From Alphaproteobacteria bacterium bin98 (GTDB lineage Bacteria; Pseudomonadota; Alphaproteobacteria; Bin98), in assembly GCA_002238905.1 (NCBI GenBank), contig MPNG01000001.1, positions 12,599 to 76,598 of the forward strand: DNA of 64,000 nucleotides. The letters are read 5' to 3'. Every line of letters starts with the position of its first letter. Within the stretch, counting starts at the first letter, position 1. Made by a program: the position numbers and the translations under genes. Below, one piece after another: positions 9,883 to 20,424 of this stretch. The notes beneath the pieces were generated by a model. That model was not told the origin of the DNA and ran no database searches. It saw nothing but the letters and a program-made list of their open reading frames with translations.

Positions 9883-11094
9883 ATGCAAAACTCTAGTGAC
9901 ACTGCTTATTTAAAGAGATATATTAAATACGTGAATAAAGAGATATTTATGCCATTACTGTTATTATTTATAATTTGTTTGCAGGCTTATGGATCTGAAG
10001 GAGCCTGCGATGATGATGGTGATCCATGCGAAGATATCGTAAAATTTTTTGCGCAAAAGCGTATATCTTGTCTAAGCGAATTTGATGAGGGTTGTCGTGA
10101 TTTCCGAAGCTTTGCGAAACTAAAGATGAGTCTTGATGAATGGATGACCTTTGCGAAACCAGTGCTCACGATAGTGGATGCAGCCTACAAGAGACAGCAT
10201 CCCAATCTCTCTGAAGAGATGTTTGCAAAAAAGAGAGAGGATATTATCCAACTTGCTAAGCAAGGATTCTTTCCTCTTTCGATAGAGAAATTCTGCCTTT
10301 TCTTTCATGAGTTAAAGGTAGAGTTTAAGAGAGATTTGCAGGATTTGAGAGATTTGCAATTGCTGCATCAGACACTTTTGAGAGAGAAAGAGTTGGGGCA
10401 TTTGATAGATTTTATAAATATTCCACAAGAAAGAGCCAAAATTGAGAACAAAAACATACATTTATTCTTTTCCTTGTTAGAATCTTTATATCATTTCTGT
10501 CGAAAATCAAAAACAGGTGCAAATAGTGCTTATTGGCTGCAACTGGGCACATGGGAAAGCAATCAAAGAAAATTTGATCCATACAGAAGCAAGATTTTAA
10601 GAATTTTTGACCCAAAAACAACAGATGTTTTAGAGGTCTTAAAGAAAAGAGGCTTCTGCTTTAGTAGGTGTACTCTTTATCCTCAAAGCTTTGTACAACC
10701 AAAGATGAGCATGAATGAATGGATGACGTTTGCGCAACCAATAGTAGAGATCCTGCTATCAGCCTATAGGAAAATGTATCGTGGTAGTGCTGCAGAGATA
10801 TCTCAACAAAGTCTGTTGATTGCCCAATCTGCGAAGCAAGGATTTTTTAGACTTGATCTAGAAACCTACTTTCTATCTTTGCATCAATTAAAGATAGACT
10901 ATGAGAAAGATTTTCTACAAGAAGAAAGAGCAACACTCGAGGATGTACACATACACTCGCTTCGTTCCTTGTTAGAATCTTTATATGCTTTTTGTCTGCA
11001 TCAAAAAGTGGGTGCCGAGGAATCATATAGCGCTTGTTGGAAGAAACCTATTCAAAGAAAAGAGGCGAGAATGCATGCTGCAGTATTAGTGTGA
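9883..11094 (+). CDS. secreted FC-family protein, two-domain (internally duplicated) form
   Basis: Signal peptide MPLLLLFIICLQAYGS at codon 23. Two tandem copies of the family core: KMSLDEWMTFAKP ... LLESLYHFC and KMSMNEWMTFAQP ... LLESLYAFC. Confidence 0.65.
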   Translation: MQNSSDTAYLKRYIKYVNKEIFMPLLLLFIICLQAYGSEGACDDDGDPCEDIVKFFAQKRISCLSEFDEGCRDFRSFAKLKMSLDEWMTFAKPVLTIVDAAYKRQHPNLSEEMFAKKREDIIQLAKQGFFPLSIEKFCLFFHELKVEFKRDLQDLRDLQLLHQTLLREKELGHLIDFINIPQERAKIENKNIHLFFSLLESLYHFCRKSKTGANSAYWLQLGTWESNQRKFDPYRSKILRIFDPKTTDVLEVLKKRGFCFSRCTLYPQSFVQPKMSMNEWMTFAQPIVEILLSAYRKMYRGSAAEISQQSLLIAQSAKQGFFRLDLETYFLSLHQLKIDYEKDFLQEERATLEDVHIHSLRSLLESLYAFCLHQKVGAEESYSACWKKPIQRKEARMHAAVLV

Positions 11095-11377
11095 AAAATG
11101 ATACATTGAAAAGAACCTCCTTTGTCAAAAGCAAGCATTATCTCAGCATATGCAAGACAAAAGATTATGTAGGGTTGATCTTAATCTTCAAACGATACGT
11201 GCAAATTTTACAAATTATCATAACATTACAATATATTACAATTTGCGATCAAACTATATTATTGCAAAAAGATTTTGTGCTAGCGAGATATAAGGATCGC
11301 TATATTAATCTTGCATTTCTGAGCCTCAAAATGTACAATGGGGCAGTAATCTAATCACAATTGAATCAGGATACCCT

Positions 11378-12193
11378 ATGCATTTTATATTATTATACTT
11401 AATCGCTACATACACATATAGCGCGCAAGCACCAGAGATAGATCCGGCCAACGCAACCCAATGGTTGAGGACGAAGGCCGGGCAAAGTAAACTATCTACT
11501 TTACAACAGAGGTTGAAGTGTTCCGGAGAAGGATGGTCCAGCACTGGCCAATGGTTGAGAACGAAGGCCGGGCAAAATATCCTATCTGATTTAAACAACG
11601 CGTTAAGATCAGATATTGGTTATGATTGTTTCACTTTAAGTCAAGTAGCGGATGAGATAACTAGGATGATGCGCTTAGACGATTACCATAAGAAATCAGC
11701 TAATCTGAAACAGGCTTACAAAAGATCACGAGACTCTTACTCAACACACTGCTATACAGAATCCTATCAAAGTGCTCGTCAAGCACAAAAGGACATCGAT
11801 AGCTCAAAGGCCACACTTGCCAAGACGCATCAAGAGTACATACCGCCTAGCTTGGAAGCTAAGGTTGCCGATCCCGATAGTGAATTCCATAAGATGAGTA
11901 TAGAGCTCCTCAATGCGCTTTTAAAGGACGCAAATGCAGAGGCAGACAATCCAAAACTGTACACCGATCAGCTCAGTCCTATGGGTATTGAACCCCTATC
12001 TGATTTTCCAGTTTTAGCGATACATAGAGATCTTTTAGAGACTATTAGGTATCTCTGTGAACAACAACAACATATGGCTGAAACCAGCTATCGTAATTGG
12101 TATAAGGAAAGAACATCAGATGAACAGATGGCGTTTCGTAGCTCATTATCACATCCGGCTGAACGCGCGAAACTTCTGTGCCCCATAAATTAA
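11378..12193 (+). CDS. secreted family protein with internal QWLRTKAGQ repeat
   Basis: Signal-peptide-like N-terminus MHFILLYLIATYTYSAQA. Internal duplicated segment. Its 3-prime module is shared with fragments at 829..1040 and 15482..15870. Confidence 0.6.
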   Translation: MHFILLYLIATYTYSAQAPEIDPANATQWLRTKAGQSKLSTLQQRLKCSGEGWSSTGQWLRTKAGQNILSDLNNALRSDIGYDCFTLSQVADEITRMMRLDDYHKKSANLKQAYKRSRDSYSTHCYTESYQSARQAQKDIDSSKATLAKTHQEYIPPSLEAKVADPDSEFHKMSIELLNALLKDANAEADNPKLYTDQLSPMGIEPLSDFPVLAIHRDLLETIRYLCEQQQHMAETSYRNWYKERTSDEQMAFRSSLSHPAERAKLLCPIN

Positions 12194-12205
12194 AAAATCC
12201 AAATA

Positions 12206-12238
12206 GGGCGTAGTCAAAGTTATCTTTGACTACAGCCC
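12206..12238 (+). terminator. rho-independent terminator hairpin
   Basis: gggcgtagtcaaag ttat ctttgactacagccc, 13 nt after the stop, followed by a T-rich run. A homologous hairpin lies at 15795..15824. The hairpin is precisely absent from the copy at about 1005. Confidence 0.5.
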
Positions 12239-12546
12239 ACATAGAAATTTTCTTTATAGCAAAGCTGTTTTTTAGAATAAATCTCGAACAATCTTTGCCT
12301 CGATAGTTAAAAACTCATCCGCAATCTCTAGAAGATAGCCACTTATCTTACTATGAGATACCATGAACTCACATTCTTTTATGAATTATGCGGAAGAATA
12401 AGCGTGGAAGCAAATAAAACGCAATAATATTAACATTCGCAAACTCTAAAAAAGTATCTCTACGGAATAGTATAAATTATCATTTTAGGCATCGATGCTA
12501 TCAAAATGTATAAGTAAAAAAATCTCATCACCCCTTCTCAGAAAGA

Positions 12547-13129
12547 TTACCGCTCACTCTCACGGACAGCCTGTTTTGTTTCTGTATGGCTATTTGGCAA
12601 AATGCGAACATTACATAAAAGTTTTAAGACCAAGTCGCCCAAAACCAAGCGTTCCGGCATGGATCTGGCAATGGATCCACCATTACAGAGAATCTTTAAA
12701 GAGACGAAGAGTTGTTGCAACACCTTTCGGGCTTCCCTTACTGCTGGATTATCTGCGTCAAAACTAGAGTATCTTATATACTGTAATTTTTCATATTCTT
12801 TCTGGATATCTAGACCATTTTCTTGAAGGCAGCAAGCTATATCTGGTTCAAGGCCGCACTCCCTATTTACTTTGCTAAAAACTTCCATCACCGCATCTCC
12901 ATACTGAAACAGTGTGCTCTTTGTCACAGGATTGTCTGTTTGTTTTTTGAAAGTCGCAATCGCACCTAAGAGCGTATCTTTGTACGGCAGGGTGGCTTGT
13001 TGAGCTGCTTCCCAATTTTTTAATTCTTCAGGACTCTGCATTAATTGCGGCACAGTTGCTTTTTGCGACGACTGCTTCTTTAGTGGCTCCGTGAGTGCAG
13101 GAAAAAATTAAAAATAATAATACGAACTT
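12547..13129 (-). pseudogene. FC-family gene (subfamily E, LFxSLxxxCxG) with a +1 frameshift between signal peptide and body
   Basis: ATG at 13129 encodes MKFVLLFLIFSCTHGA but stops after 34 codons. The 168-aa body (12547..13053) is in the +1 frame and aligns with paralogs 18278..18844 and 35077..35577. Confidence 0.5.
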
Positions 13130-13440
13130 CATATATCTACATCCTTTATATTACACTATCTATTAAATCACAGCATAATTTTGTGCTTTGCAAGACTCTA
13201 TTCTACCGGATTTTTCTCTATCTAACACACCTCCTTTTTCAGGGCATTGCAGTTTATTTTGTTGCTGGCACCCCTCTTTGCTTCTAAAATATTTTCTTCT
13301 ACCCATCCCCTCTCTATGAGCATGCACAGCCATGATGATTGATATAATGATCGATCATTCTCTATATTAAATCCTCTTATTATCTTATGCAATTTTTTGC
13401 ACAAGATGAAACAGCAATCACATGATTCAAGAGTCTTTTT

Positions 13441-14433
13441 CTATATCAAAATCAAAAAAGACAGCTGCTCTCTAAAGGCTCTCAATGCTTGACCATACGA
13501 GGCATTATTCGAACAAAAACCTTGCAAAGATGATAATAATTGAGAACATAAGATTATTCCCCATCTTTGATTCCATTCTCTGACCTCAATGCTAGCGCGA
13601 GATATTGCTACTTTTTTGAATTCAGAAAAAATATAAAAGAACGATTCTAGATCAAGTTTGGAAGTGTCGATATGTCTGAGGAAATTTTGCAGATTAAGCG
13701 GCTCAAGAGAAACGTCGATGTACAGTGTCTTTTCAGAAGTAAGTGACTTATTTTTCCAGAATTCCATCGCATCATCAGACATTACTCTTTTGGTCTCTAG
13801 ATCAAGAGGATATATGACGCTTCCTTCAGCATTAAAAGTAAGGGAGTCGAGAATAAAAAATCGCCTGGCACATATCTTTGTAGCAGTAAGATCAAGTATC
13901 TGCTGAGAAGTAAGTGCATGGTGTTTTGTGATCAATAATTTTTCGATAGAATCCGTTACTTTTTTTATCAAATTATATATTTGACTAAATGACAAACAGG
14001 AATAATCCAGATCTCTGGAAAGGAAGTAGGCATTTATCAAAGATTTTTTTTGTGCCTTTAATAAGAGGTCAGTTGGCTCTGACTCATCACCGGAGGCTCT
14101 TTGTAAAGCGCTATAACCATCTTCAGCATCGGCGAAAATGGCATTCTCTACTTTCCTCATGATCCTTTCCACAGCTGTGCTTATGCTCATTCTCCTGAAG
14201 CTTTCTATCACATATTGACCTCTATCGGAGGCACTTTGTGAATCGATATCCGCATCCTCATCATCAGGCAAAATAGTATTTATGGTCATGATCAAGAACC
14301 TTAACCTCCAATCACTATCATGATCGGAGGCACTGTTCGAAGCGCTATGCGCATCTAAAAAAATGAATAATAATATTAGAAATATCACAAAACTCCTATT
14401 TATCATCTTATATGATTTTTTTTTAATAAACAA
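13441..14433 (-). CDS. secreted FC-family protein, subfamily A
   Basis: Signal peptide MINRSFVIFLILLFIFLDAHSA, so the likely start is 14406. Motifs KHHALTSQQILDLTATKI, LDLESFFYIFSEFKK and LLSSLQGFC. Confidence 0.65.
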   Translation of the reverse strand: MFIKKKSYKMINRSFVIFLILLFIFLDAHSASNSASDHDSDWRLRFLIMTINTILPDDEDADIDSQSASDRGQYVIESFRRMSISTAVERIMRKVENAIFADAEDGYSALQRASGDESEPTDLLLKAQKKSLINAYFLSRDLDYSCLSFSQIYNLIKKVTDSIEKLLITKHHALTSQQILDLTATKICARRFFILDSLTFNAEGSVIYPLDLETKRVMSDDAMEFWKNKSLTSEKTLYIDVSLEPLNLQNFLRHIDTSKLDLESFFYIFSEFKKVAISRASIEVREWNQRWGIILCSQLLSSLQGFCSNNASYGQALRAFREQLSFLILI

Positions 14434-14689
14434 GCGTCGTATGGACTCTCATCACATAAGCTCAAACAAGCGGATAGAAGACAATAGTAAGCGCTTACAT
14501 ATTTTTGAGCCCTGCTCACTACTAGTACGACGTTGTGGATCAGGCCAATATTTTGCATTCAAAAAAGCAAAAGCATGCATGAAAAACATATGTACCTGCC
14601 AGTACACTCCACACGTTCTTTATTGCCTTTTTTTACAACACAATTCTTGATACAATGCTATTATTACACTATTTACTAAAGGGTATACT

Positions 14690-15463
14690 ATGACATCAAT
14701 AATATTGTTATTTTTAATGTCTTTTTCACAGGCAGATGCGGCTATGCCCGAAACTCTTACTGATGGAATGCAAAAAATGTGCTTACATGATTATGGAGCT
14801 GTTCAGCAGAGCGACTATGCAGAATTTCGGAAAGCAGTACTCTTAAAAGACTCAAAACTCAAAGAAGACAGTTGGCATACAGCTCAAGCATATATTGCTC
14901 AACATCTCAGTGAAATTCGCGAGTTCATCGATGTAGAACCTTCGGAGTATAATTATCACACTCTATTAACATTACGGGATATTTTTTCTGATTTCAGCCC
15001 ATATGTTAATGAAATCCAAAAGCAGCACCAAACTTCCGAAAATCTGCTGACATCCATGATGAACAGCCAGCATATCTCTCACAAAAGATCTATGGAAAGT
15101 ATGTGTCAAAGGGGTGAAGCATCTCTATTGCATATATTTCCAGCGGAGATTTCGGAGGAAGAGTGGATGATTGTTTTAAATCCTAAACTGGAAGGCTTTA
15201 TTCTTGATGCAGCCACCATATATACACTTTTAATAGAAGCGATAGAAGAGATAGATGCACTAACAGAGAATAGGTTGTTTAAGATCTTTGAAACCAAATT
15301 AGATCAATGCAGAAATACCAATATCTATGTACATCTCGTAAAAGTTTGCAAACATCTCTGTGACAACCAACCACAGATGTGCTACGAGGCATATGATCAC
15401 TTTTATCTTCTTAAAGAACAACAGAAAGACTGGCTGCGAGAGCCAGTCTTTAGCATAATCTAG
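14690..15463 (+). CDS. secreted family protein, subfamily F (VKVCKHLCDNQ; paralog of 31501..32073)
   Basis: Signal peptide MTSIILLFLMSFSQADA. The C-terminal 60 aa are about 70% identical to 31501..32073. Confidence 0.65.
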   Translation: MTSIILLFLMSFSQADAAMPETLTDGMQKMCLHDYGAVQQSDYAEFRKAVLLKDSKLKEDSWHTAQAYIAQHLSEIREFIDVEPSEYNYHTLLTLRDIFSDFSPYVNEIQKQHQTSENLLTSMMNSQHISHKRSMESMCQRGEASLLHIFPAEISEEEWMIVLNPKLEGFILDAATIYTLLIEAIEEIDALTENRLFKIFETKLDQCRNTNIYVHLVKVCKHLCDNQPQMCYEAYDHFYLLKEQQKDWLREPVFSII

Positions 15464-15481
15464 ATTTGATTATGCTAAAGT

Positions 15482-15718
15482 ATGCATCTCCTCAATGCGT
15501 TTTTAACTAACGCAGAGGCAAAGGTGTGGAGTTACACACTTTACCCCCCCAACCACTCTCCTGAAGCTACCGAACTATTGTGCGAATTTGAAGTTTTGGC
15601 GATACATACAGATCTGATAGAGACTATCAAGCATCTATGTGCAAACCAAGTGCATCAGGCTTTTCGCAGCTATTGTGTTTGGTATGAGAACAGAACGCCA
15701 ACGAAACAGATTAAGTAG
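15482..15718 (+). pseudogene. C-terminal fragment of an 11378..12193-like gene
   Basis: 78 aa align to the last 80 aa of 11378..12193. No signal peptide. Followed by the shared 3-prime hairpin module at 15795..15824. Confidence 0.5.
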
Positions 15719-16246
15719 CGTAACAGCTTAAATGCAGAAGAGCTTGCGCAGCTTCTGTGCCCGATTGCCTGAAAGAAAAGAAGTGATCCAAATAGGGCGT
15801 ATCAGAGCTATCTTTGACACGCCCACTTGAAACGCATCGTGGTACAAAATCTGTTTTTCAGAATAAAGTTAGCACAATTGCTGGATCAAACGTACACGTG
15901 GCTATATATATGATGTTGTTAAACTGATGCATTGCTGTCATGCTGTTCAGCGCGAAGTGGCAAAAACAACATGGTGATCTAACGCCCGCGATGAGAGCTA
16001 CTGTATGCGGTATTTCCGTACGCTGACTGCCACATCATATAGTTTAGATCAGCATTTGATTGAGAATTATGGAAGTCACAATCGTTAAAAGGCATGACGA
16101 AGTCTATAGCTCATATTATTGAGTCTTTCGCGCGCAAGCTTGCAAAATAGTGATGGATTGAGTAGAAAGTCCTTCGCTGCTTCCGAACAGGTAAAAAATA
16201 ATAATATCAATACTCTTAAGTGAAATATACCGTCAGTAAGATCGAA

Positions 16247-17104
16247 TTAGTCCATAAGGAGTGGGGCTTGGGATGGCATCCTTAGTGTGCAGTGAGTCAA
16301 TTTTCCCTTCCACAATAGTTTGAAGCAATTCCATTTTTCTTTCCACAAATTATATTGTTTCACAGCTTCCTCTAAACTATATTGTTTTGAAGCTCCCTTT
16401 TCCTCTCTCTCTGCCTCTTGATTTGTTCGACAAAAATTATCTACAGAGCATAGAAGGGTCTGACAGCACTCTCCGAATAAAGTCATCCCCGCAGCATTCA
16501 TTGCAAGCATTGTTGTCCATTCTGATGGTTGAAAAGCAGTTTCACACAATTGACAAAACGCGGCATGAAAGACGGGTAGATCAAGATTGTGAACAGTGGG
16601 CGTGTATTTTTCGTGCGCACAAAATGCTTTTTCATCAAAAATATGCCCCTTACCTCTATCTAGGAGCAATTTTATTGATAGTGTCCAATCTCTTAATTGA
16701 TTTAAATCTTGCACTTTCTCATATTGTTTCGACGCAAAAGCACTTAAAATCTCTTGTTTATACTCGTCAAGAACTCTTTCAGCACTTGTCTTCTTTTTTT
16801 GAGGTGACTGATTAGGACTAGTGTCATTTGTCTGAGGTTTACAGCAATCAAGAGGCATAGCTTGCGGACCAGCACCTCTGTCTCGATAGTCTGCATTCAA
16901 CTGACGAATAATAGGACCAAATGCATCAGGCGAAGGACCACCTGGTGCATGCAATTCACCAATCAAGGTAGCAAACATTCGAGTATACGCAGGATTGATT
17001 GCATGAGCCTGATAAATAAGATTAAGATCCTCTTCACCTGCTCCATATATCTGGAAAACAACAAAAAACAATACTATAAACATAACTGAATTCTTCACAA
17101 ACAT
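16247..17104 (-). CDS. secreted FC-family protein (divergent)
   Basis: Signal peptide MFIVLFFVVFQIYGA. C-terminal LLCSVDNFC. Cys-rich. Confidence 0.6.
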   Translation of the reverse strand: MFVKNSVMFIVLFFVVFQIYGAGEEDLNLIYQAHAINPAYTRMFATLIGELHAPGGPSPDAFGPIIRQLNADYRDRGAGPQAMPLDCCKPQTNDTSPNQSPQKKKTSAERVLDEYKQEILSAFASKQYEKVQDLNQLRDWTLSIKLLLDRGKGHIFDEKAFCAHEKYTPTVHNLDLPVFHAAFCQLCETAFQPSEWTTMLAMNAAGMTLFGECCQTLLCSVDNFCRTNQEAEREEKGASKQYSLEEAVKQYNLWKEKWNCFKLLWKGKLTHCTLRMPSQAPLLMD

Positions 17105-17397
17105 ATTGTAAATGATATTATAGAAAATTACTACTTTTTCGCACGCAAGAGAGTTTTTTTTTCAAATCAAAATAATTGGTAGCAAAAGCCTTCAGATCTA
17201 TAGGAGAGTTGACGTGTTTTGTATCATTAAAAGCAACGGATTCTATGATAAAAAAGTTGGAACGCATCTTTGTATAAGTAAGACCAAGTATCTGCGCTTA
17301 GTATGATGAGAGTCAATCAGAAGAGCTATCCAAATTTTCTGTGGCTTACAAGATAAGCAAAAAATGCTATAGTCACACAGAGTGATAAGCAAATTGA

Positions 17398-17890
17398 CAT
17401 CAATATTACATTGATGTAACTATTTTTCACTTGTTTACATGCTGATGGCGCTTCTGCTCTAATGGCCGGTGAACAACTTAGTGAAACGGCACGTTGGCAA
17501 CAAACTCAGAAAAGATTGAAACCGTATCGTAATGGCGTTCTGGCGACACTCAGACGCTATCCATATATTTTACCACCCTAGAGTTAGTAGAATTTGATTT
17601 TAAAGACGACTATCAAAATGTATCCCTGGCAACCGCCTATATCTCAGGAATAAAAGCGATTTTTGTAATAAAGATGCCTCCGCAGTAAGCGATGTACAAG
17701 CTATACTGGCTTCACTGTCATCTTTGTTGGCTAACAGGTATCCCAACTTAAAAGATATTTAAGAGAATCCTCAAGATCCAAATTGTCATCTTGATCTCCC
17801 CTCACTGAAGCTTTAAAATGAGGCAACTAGCCCATACCTTCGCCTTTCATTGCCATTTGACCCCCCCTTATCAAAAACCCCTTGTGTGAT
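17398..17890 (+). pseudogene. degraded copy of subfamily D gene (6841..7407)
   Basis: DNA alignment to 6880..7270 with multiple stops and frameshifts. No ORF of 60 aa or more. Confidence 0.55.
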
Positions 17891-18277
17891 AATACATGAA
17901 GCAAAGATTTAAGTGGATCGAAAAAATCCTCTATACAGCGATAGAAAAATCTTCAATTCGATCTAGGTTGCCAATTCAGATCCTTGATTTGCGTTTCAAG
18001 CATATAAATGAAGGCAGATTAAGCATAAAAGAGTAGTGAGAGCATAGTATCTTTAAGAATTTATGATTCCAGAAGCGTAAATTCTGGAATCATGCACTTG
18101 TACTCATATTTTTGGAAGTTATAGTTGGAAAAGAAATCAAAAATTTATTGCTCCCTACACAAAAAAGATTCGAGAGACTATTTGTCTTTGAAGAGCTTTG
18201 CAAAGCAAACAAAAGAGTGCTCAAGACAGCGTCAAGTTTTATACTCTCACAATCTCGCAGAATTACAGGGCTCAGGA

Positions 18278-18844
18278 TTATTGATTGACAACAACTAATG
18301 TAGCGTAGAACTTATCATATCTTGTATTAAACTTATCTTGGAGTCCATTACAGAGAGCTTCTAGACTTAAGAAGAGTTGTCTCAACGTCTCTTGGTATCT
18401 CTGTACTTCTCGATGATCTAAAGAACAGGGACTTAATCTTTTAGAAAATGTAGACAATTCTTGCCTATTCTCTTTGAGTACTGGAGGATTTTTTTTCAAC
18501 AAGGTATGCATCTTTGCTTCCGCCACAACACTCAGGACATTACATCCATAATCAATGAGATCAGACAATGAGAGGGGATGCTCCGTTTGTATCAAGAAAG
18601 TGTCAATCGCAGTTAAGATCTTGTGTTTGTACGGAAAAATGGCTTCTTGCGCTACCTTCCAATGTTGTGATTTTGCAACAATCCCACCTTTTTTGCTATG
18701 TTCTAGAAAATGAGATTCCCATATTTCGACAGCTGCCTTCACCAGCTGTGCACCCTCTTCTTCCATGCCAGGCACTGATTTTAAGCTTGAGGTAGTTCCG
18801 TAAGCACATGAAAAAATCAAAAATAATAATATCAAATTCATCAA
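18278..18844 (-). CDS. secreted FC-family protein, subfamily E
   Basis: Signal peptide MMNLILLFLIFSCAYG. Motif LFLSLEALCNGL. Paralog of 12547 and 35077 genes. Confidence 0.65.
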   Translation of the reverse strand: MMNLILLFLIFSCAYGTTSSLKSVPGMEEEGAQLVKAAVEIWESHFLEHSKKGGIVAKSQHWKVAQEAIFPYKHKILTAIDTFLIQTEHPLSLSDLIDYGCNVLSVVAEAKMHTLLKKNPPVLKENRQELSTFSKRLSPCSLDHREVQRYQETLRQLFLSLEALCNGLQDKFNTRYDKFYATLVVVNQ

Positions 18845-19191
18845 TATCTCCTTATCTACAATTTTACCTTATATCATCTCACAATTTAACTATGATTCGC
18901 ACTGTTATTGGGCAGAATTCTCATAGCCTGAGATCAGAATAAGTGGCCAAATTGCGTTACTCTCAGAAAAGTATATGAAACAGAGAAAAAAGCGGAGGAA
19001 GAAAAAAATAAGCCAATCCGAATGATGCATCCGTAATCAGGTTAGGCGTAGTGAATATAGCGTTCAAATCTTTAGACTTTATCGTCAAAATTTTTCACCA
19101 TCCTCTGAGCTCAGATAGAAATGGTCAGTTTTACTCACTGAAACCTACTGTCATCATCCCATTTATCACAATATCATCATATGGCTTATAA

Positions 19192-19725
19192 TCATTGCTT
19201 ATAAGCCAAAAAAATATCATGAACAGATGGTGATATGTGAGCATACCAGTCTTTATATACTCTGTAAGCGAGATCCTGGTTGTTTTCACAGAAAGCTTTG
19301 CAAGCGTATAAGAGATTATTGTGTAGGATCAAACGATGGAGGCTTGACAATTGGACCCAAACTTCAATGCGGTGGGAAAAAACCTGACGATTGCGCAGAT
19401 CTCCACGTATTGCTGCATTGAGAGCTTTAGCGAGGATAGGTACATCAAGTGTAAATTGTGGACATTGAGGATCCTCTTCACTTTCATTAATTATTGCTAT
19501 TGCACTTGATCGGCCATGGATGATATCAGCAAGATCAAGAAACAGATTTTCTGTTCTGATTAAATCGCAAACGGTATATGAAGGTTTGTTCAATATGGGC
19601 TTGAGCAGCTCTTGTTTCAGGATTTCTTCAGTATATCCAGCGGAGGGGCTTAGCAAAGCTCCATAAAATGGTGAACTCACAAATAACAGTAAAATTAATA
19701 TCATAAATCTATCCTTATTTACCAT
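19192..19725 (-). CDS. secreted FC-family protein, subfamily D
   Basis: Signal peptide MILILLLFVSSPFYGA. Motif LLYACKAFCENN. Confidence 0.65.
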   Translation of the reverse strand: MVNKDRFMILILLLFVSSPFYGALLSPSAGYTEEILKQELLKPILNKPSYTVCDLIRTENLFLDLADIIHGRSSAIAIINESEEDPQCPQFTLDVPILAKALNAAIRGDLRNRQVFSHRIEVWVQLSSLHRLILHNNLLYACKAFCENNQDLAYRVYKDWYAHISPSVHDIFLAYKQ

Positions 19726-19800
19726 TGTCGCAAAAATGGTGAACTCACAAATAACAGTAAAATTAATATCATAAATCTATCCTTATTTACCATTGTCGCA
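19669..19800. repeat. 66-bp tandem duplication spanning the start codon and signal-peptide codons of 19192..19725
   Basis: Two near-identical direct copies. The upstream copy encodes a 24-codon stub MVNKDRFMILILLLFVSSPFLRQW. Confidence 0.7.
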
Positions 19801-20015
19801 AAAGTAAAAAATAGTTGCAAGAATCAAGTGGTTGCAGCATTGCGATTCTATTGACCTCGCAGCACACTTTGAATTGACTCTCAAACTAAGGATATACTGA
19901 AACACTTCTTAGAAATGCAAAGATATTAATCAGTGGTTGAGCGCATTTATGTATTTTGCTAAAAGTTAAGATATGCCAGAAACTGCATAAATAAATTTAT
20001 CTCACCTTCATTCAT

Positions 20016-20420
20016 ATGTTTGTTATTGTTAAGTGTGTGAATAGTGATAGAATACCATTAACGGAGGATTTCAATGTGCAAAATTACTATCTTTTTTTAC
20101 CCTTTGTAATAAAAAATTTATACTGCGCAAGTACTGAGCACTGTCTAAATATTGATGAAAGAGAGCAAGAAAGAATAGCCCATATTCAAAGTCCACCAAA
20201 GATAGATATAACGCAATCACTGGTGCTGAAATTAGAAAACGGCACTCATTCAACTTATATGGCCATAGAAGTCATTGATAGCGCAGAAGAGCAAGTAGAA
20301 CAAAGCTCTCTCAAGAAATTTTTGAAGTGCAAGATTGATAAAAAACATGTGATTTTGACTACCTTTCTGGTGAATATGGCACTTACTTTAGGTATTGTGA
20401 TCTCAGTATGGTATTCATAG
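20016..20420 (+). CDS. hypothetical tail-anchored small membrane protein
   Basis: 134-aa ORF with a C-terminal hydrophobic segment. No family signature. First of three co-directional small ORFs. Confidence 0.3.
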   Translation: MFVIVKCVNSDRIPLTEDFNVQNYYLFLPFVIKNLYCASTEHCLNIDEREQERIAHIQSPPKIDITQSLVLKLENGTHSTYMAIEVIDSAEEQVEQSSLKKFLKCKIDKKHVILTTFLVNMALTLGIVISVWYS

Positions 20421-20424
20421 GGCC

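Noticed and set aside
12495-12767. 90-aa plus ORF containing PFGLPLL (and its look-alike 35037..35303)
   Set aside because: Both are antisense shadows of conserved minus-strand paralogs (12547.. and 35077..). The apparent conservation is due to paralog DNA identity.
16387-16815. 142-aa plus ORF
   Set aside because: Antisense to family gene 16247..17104. No RBS or signal.
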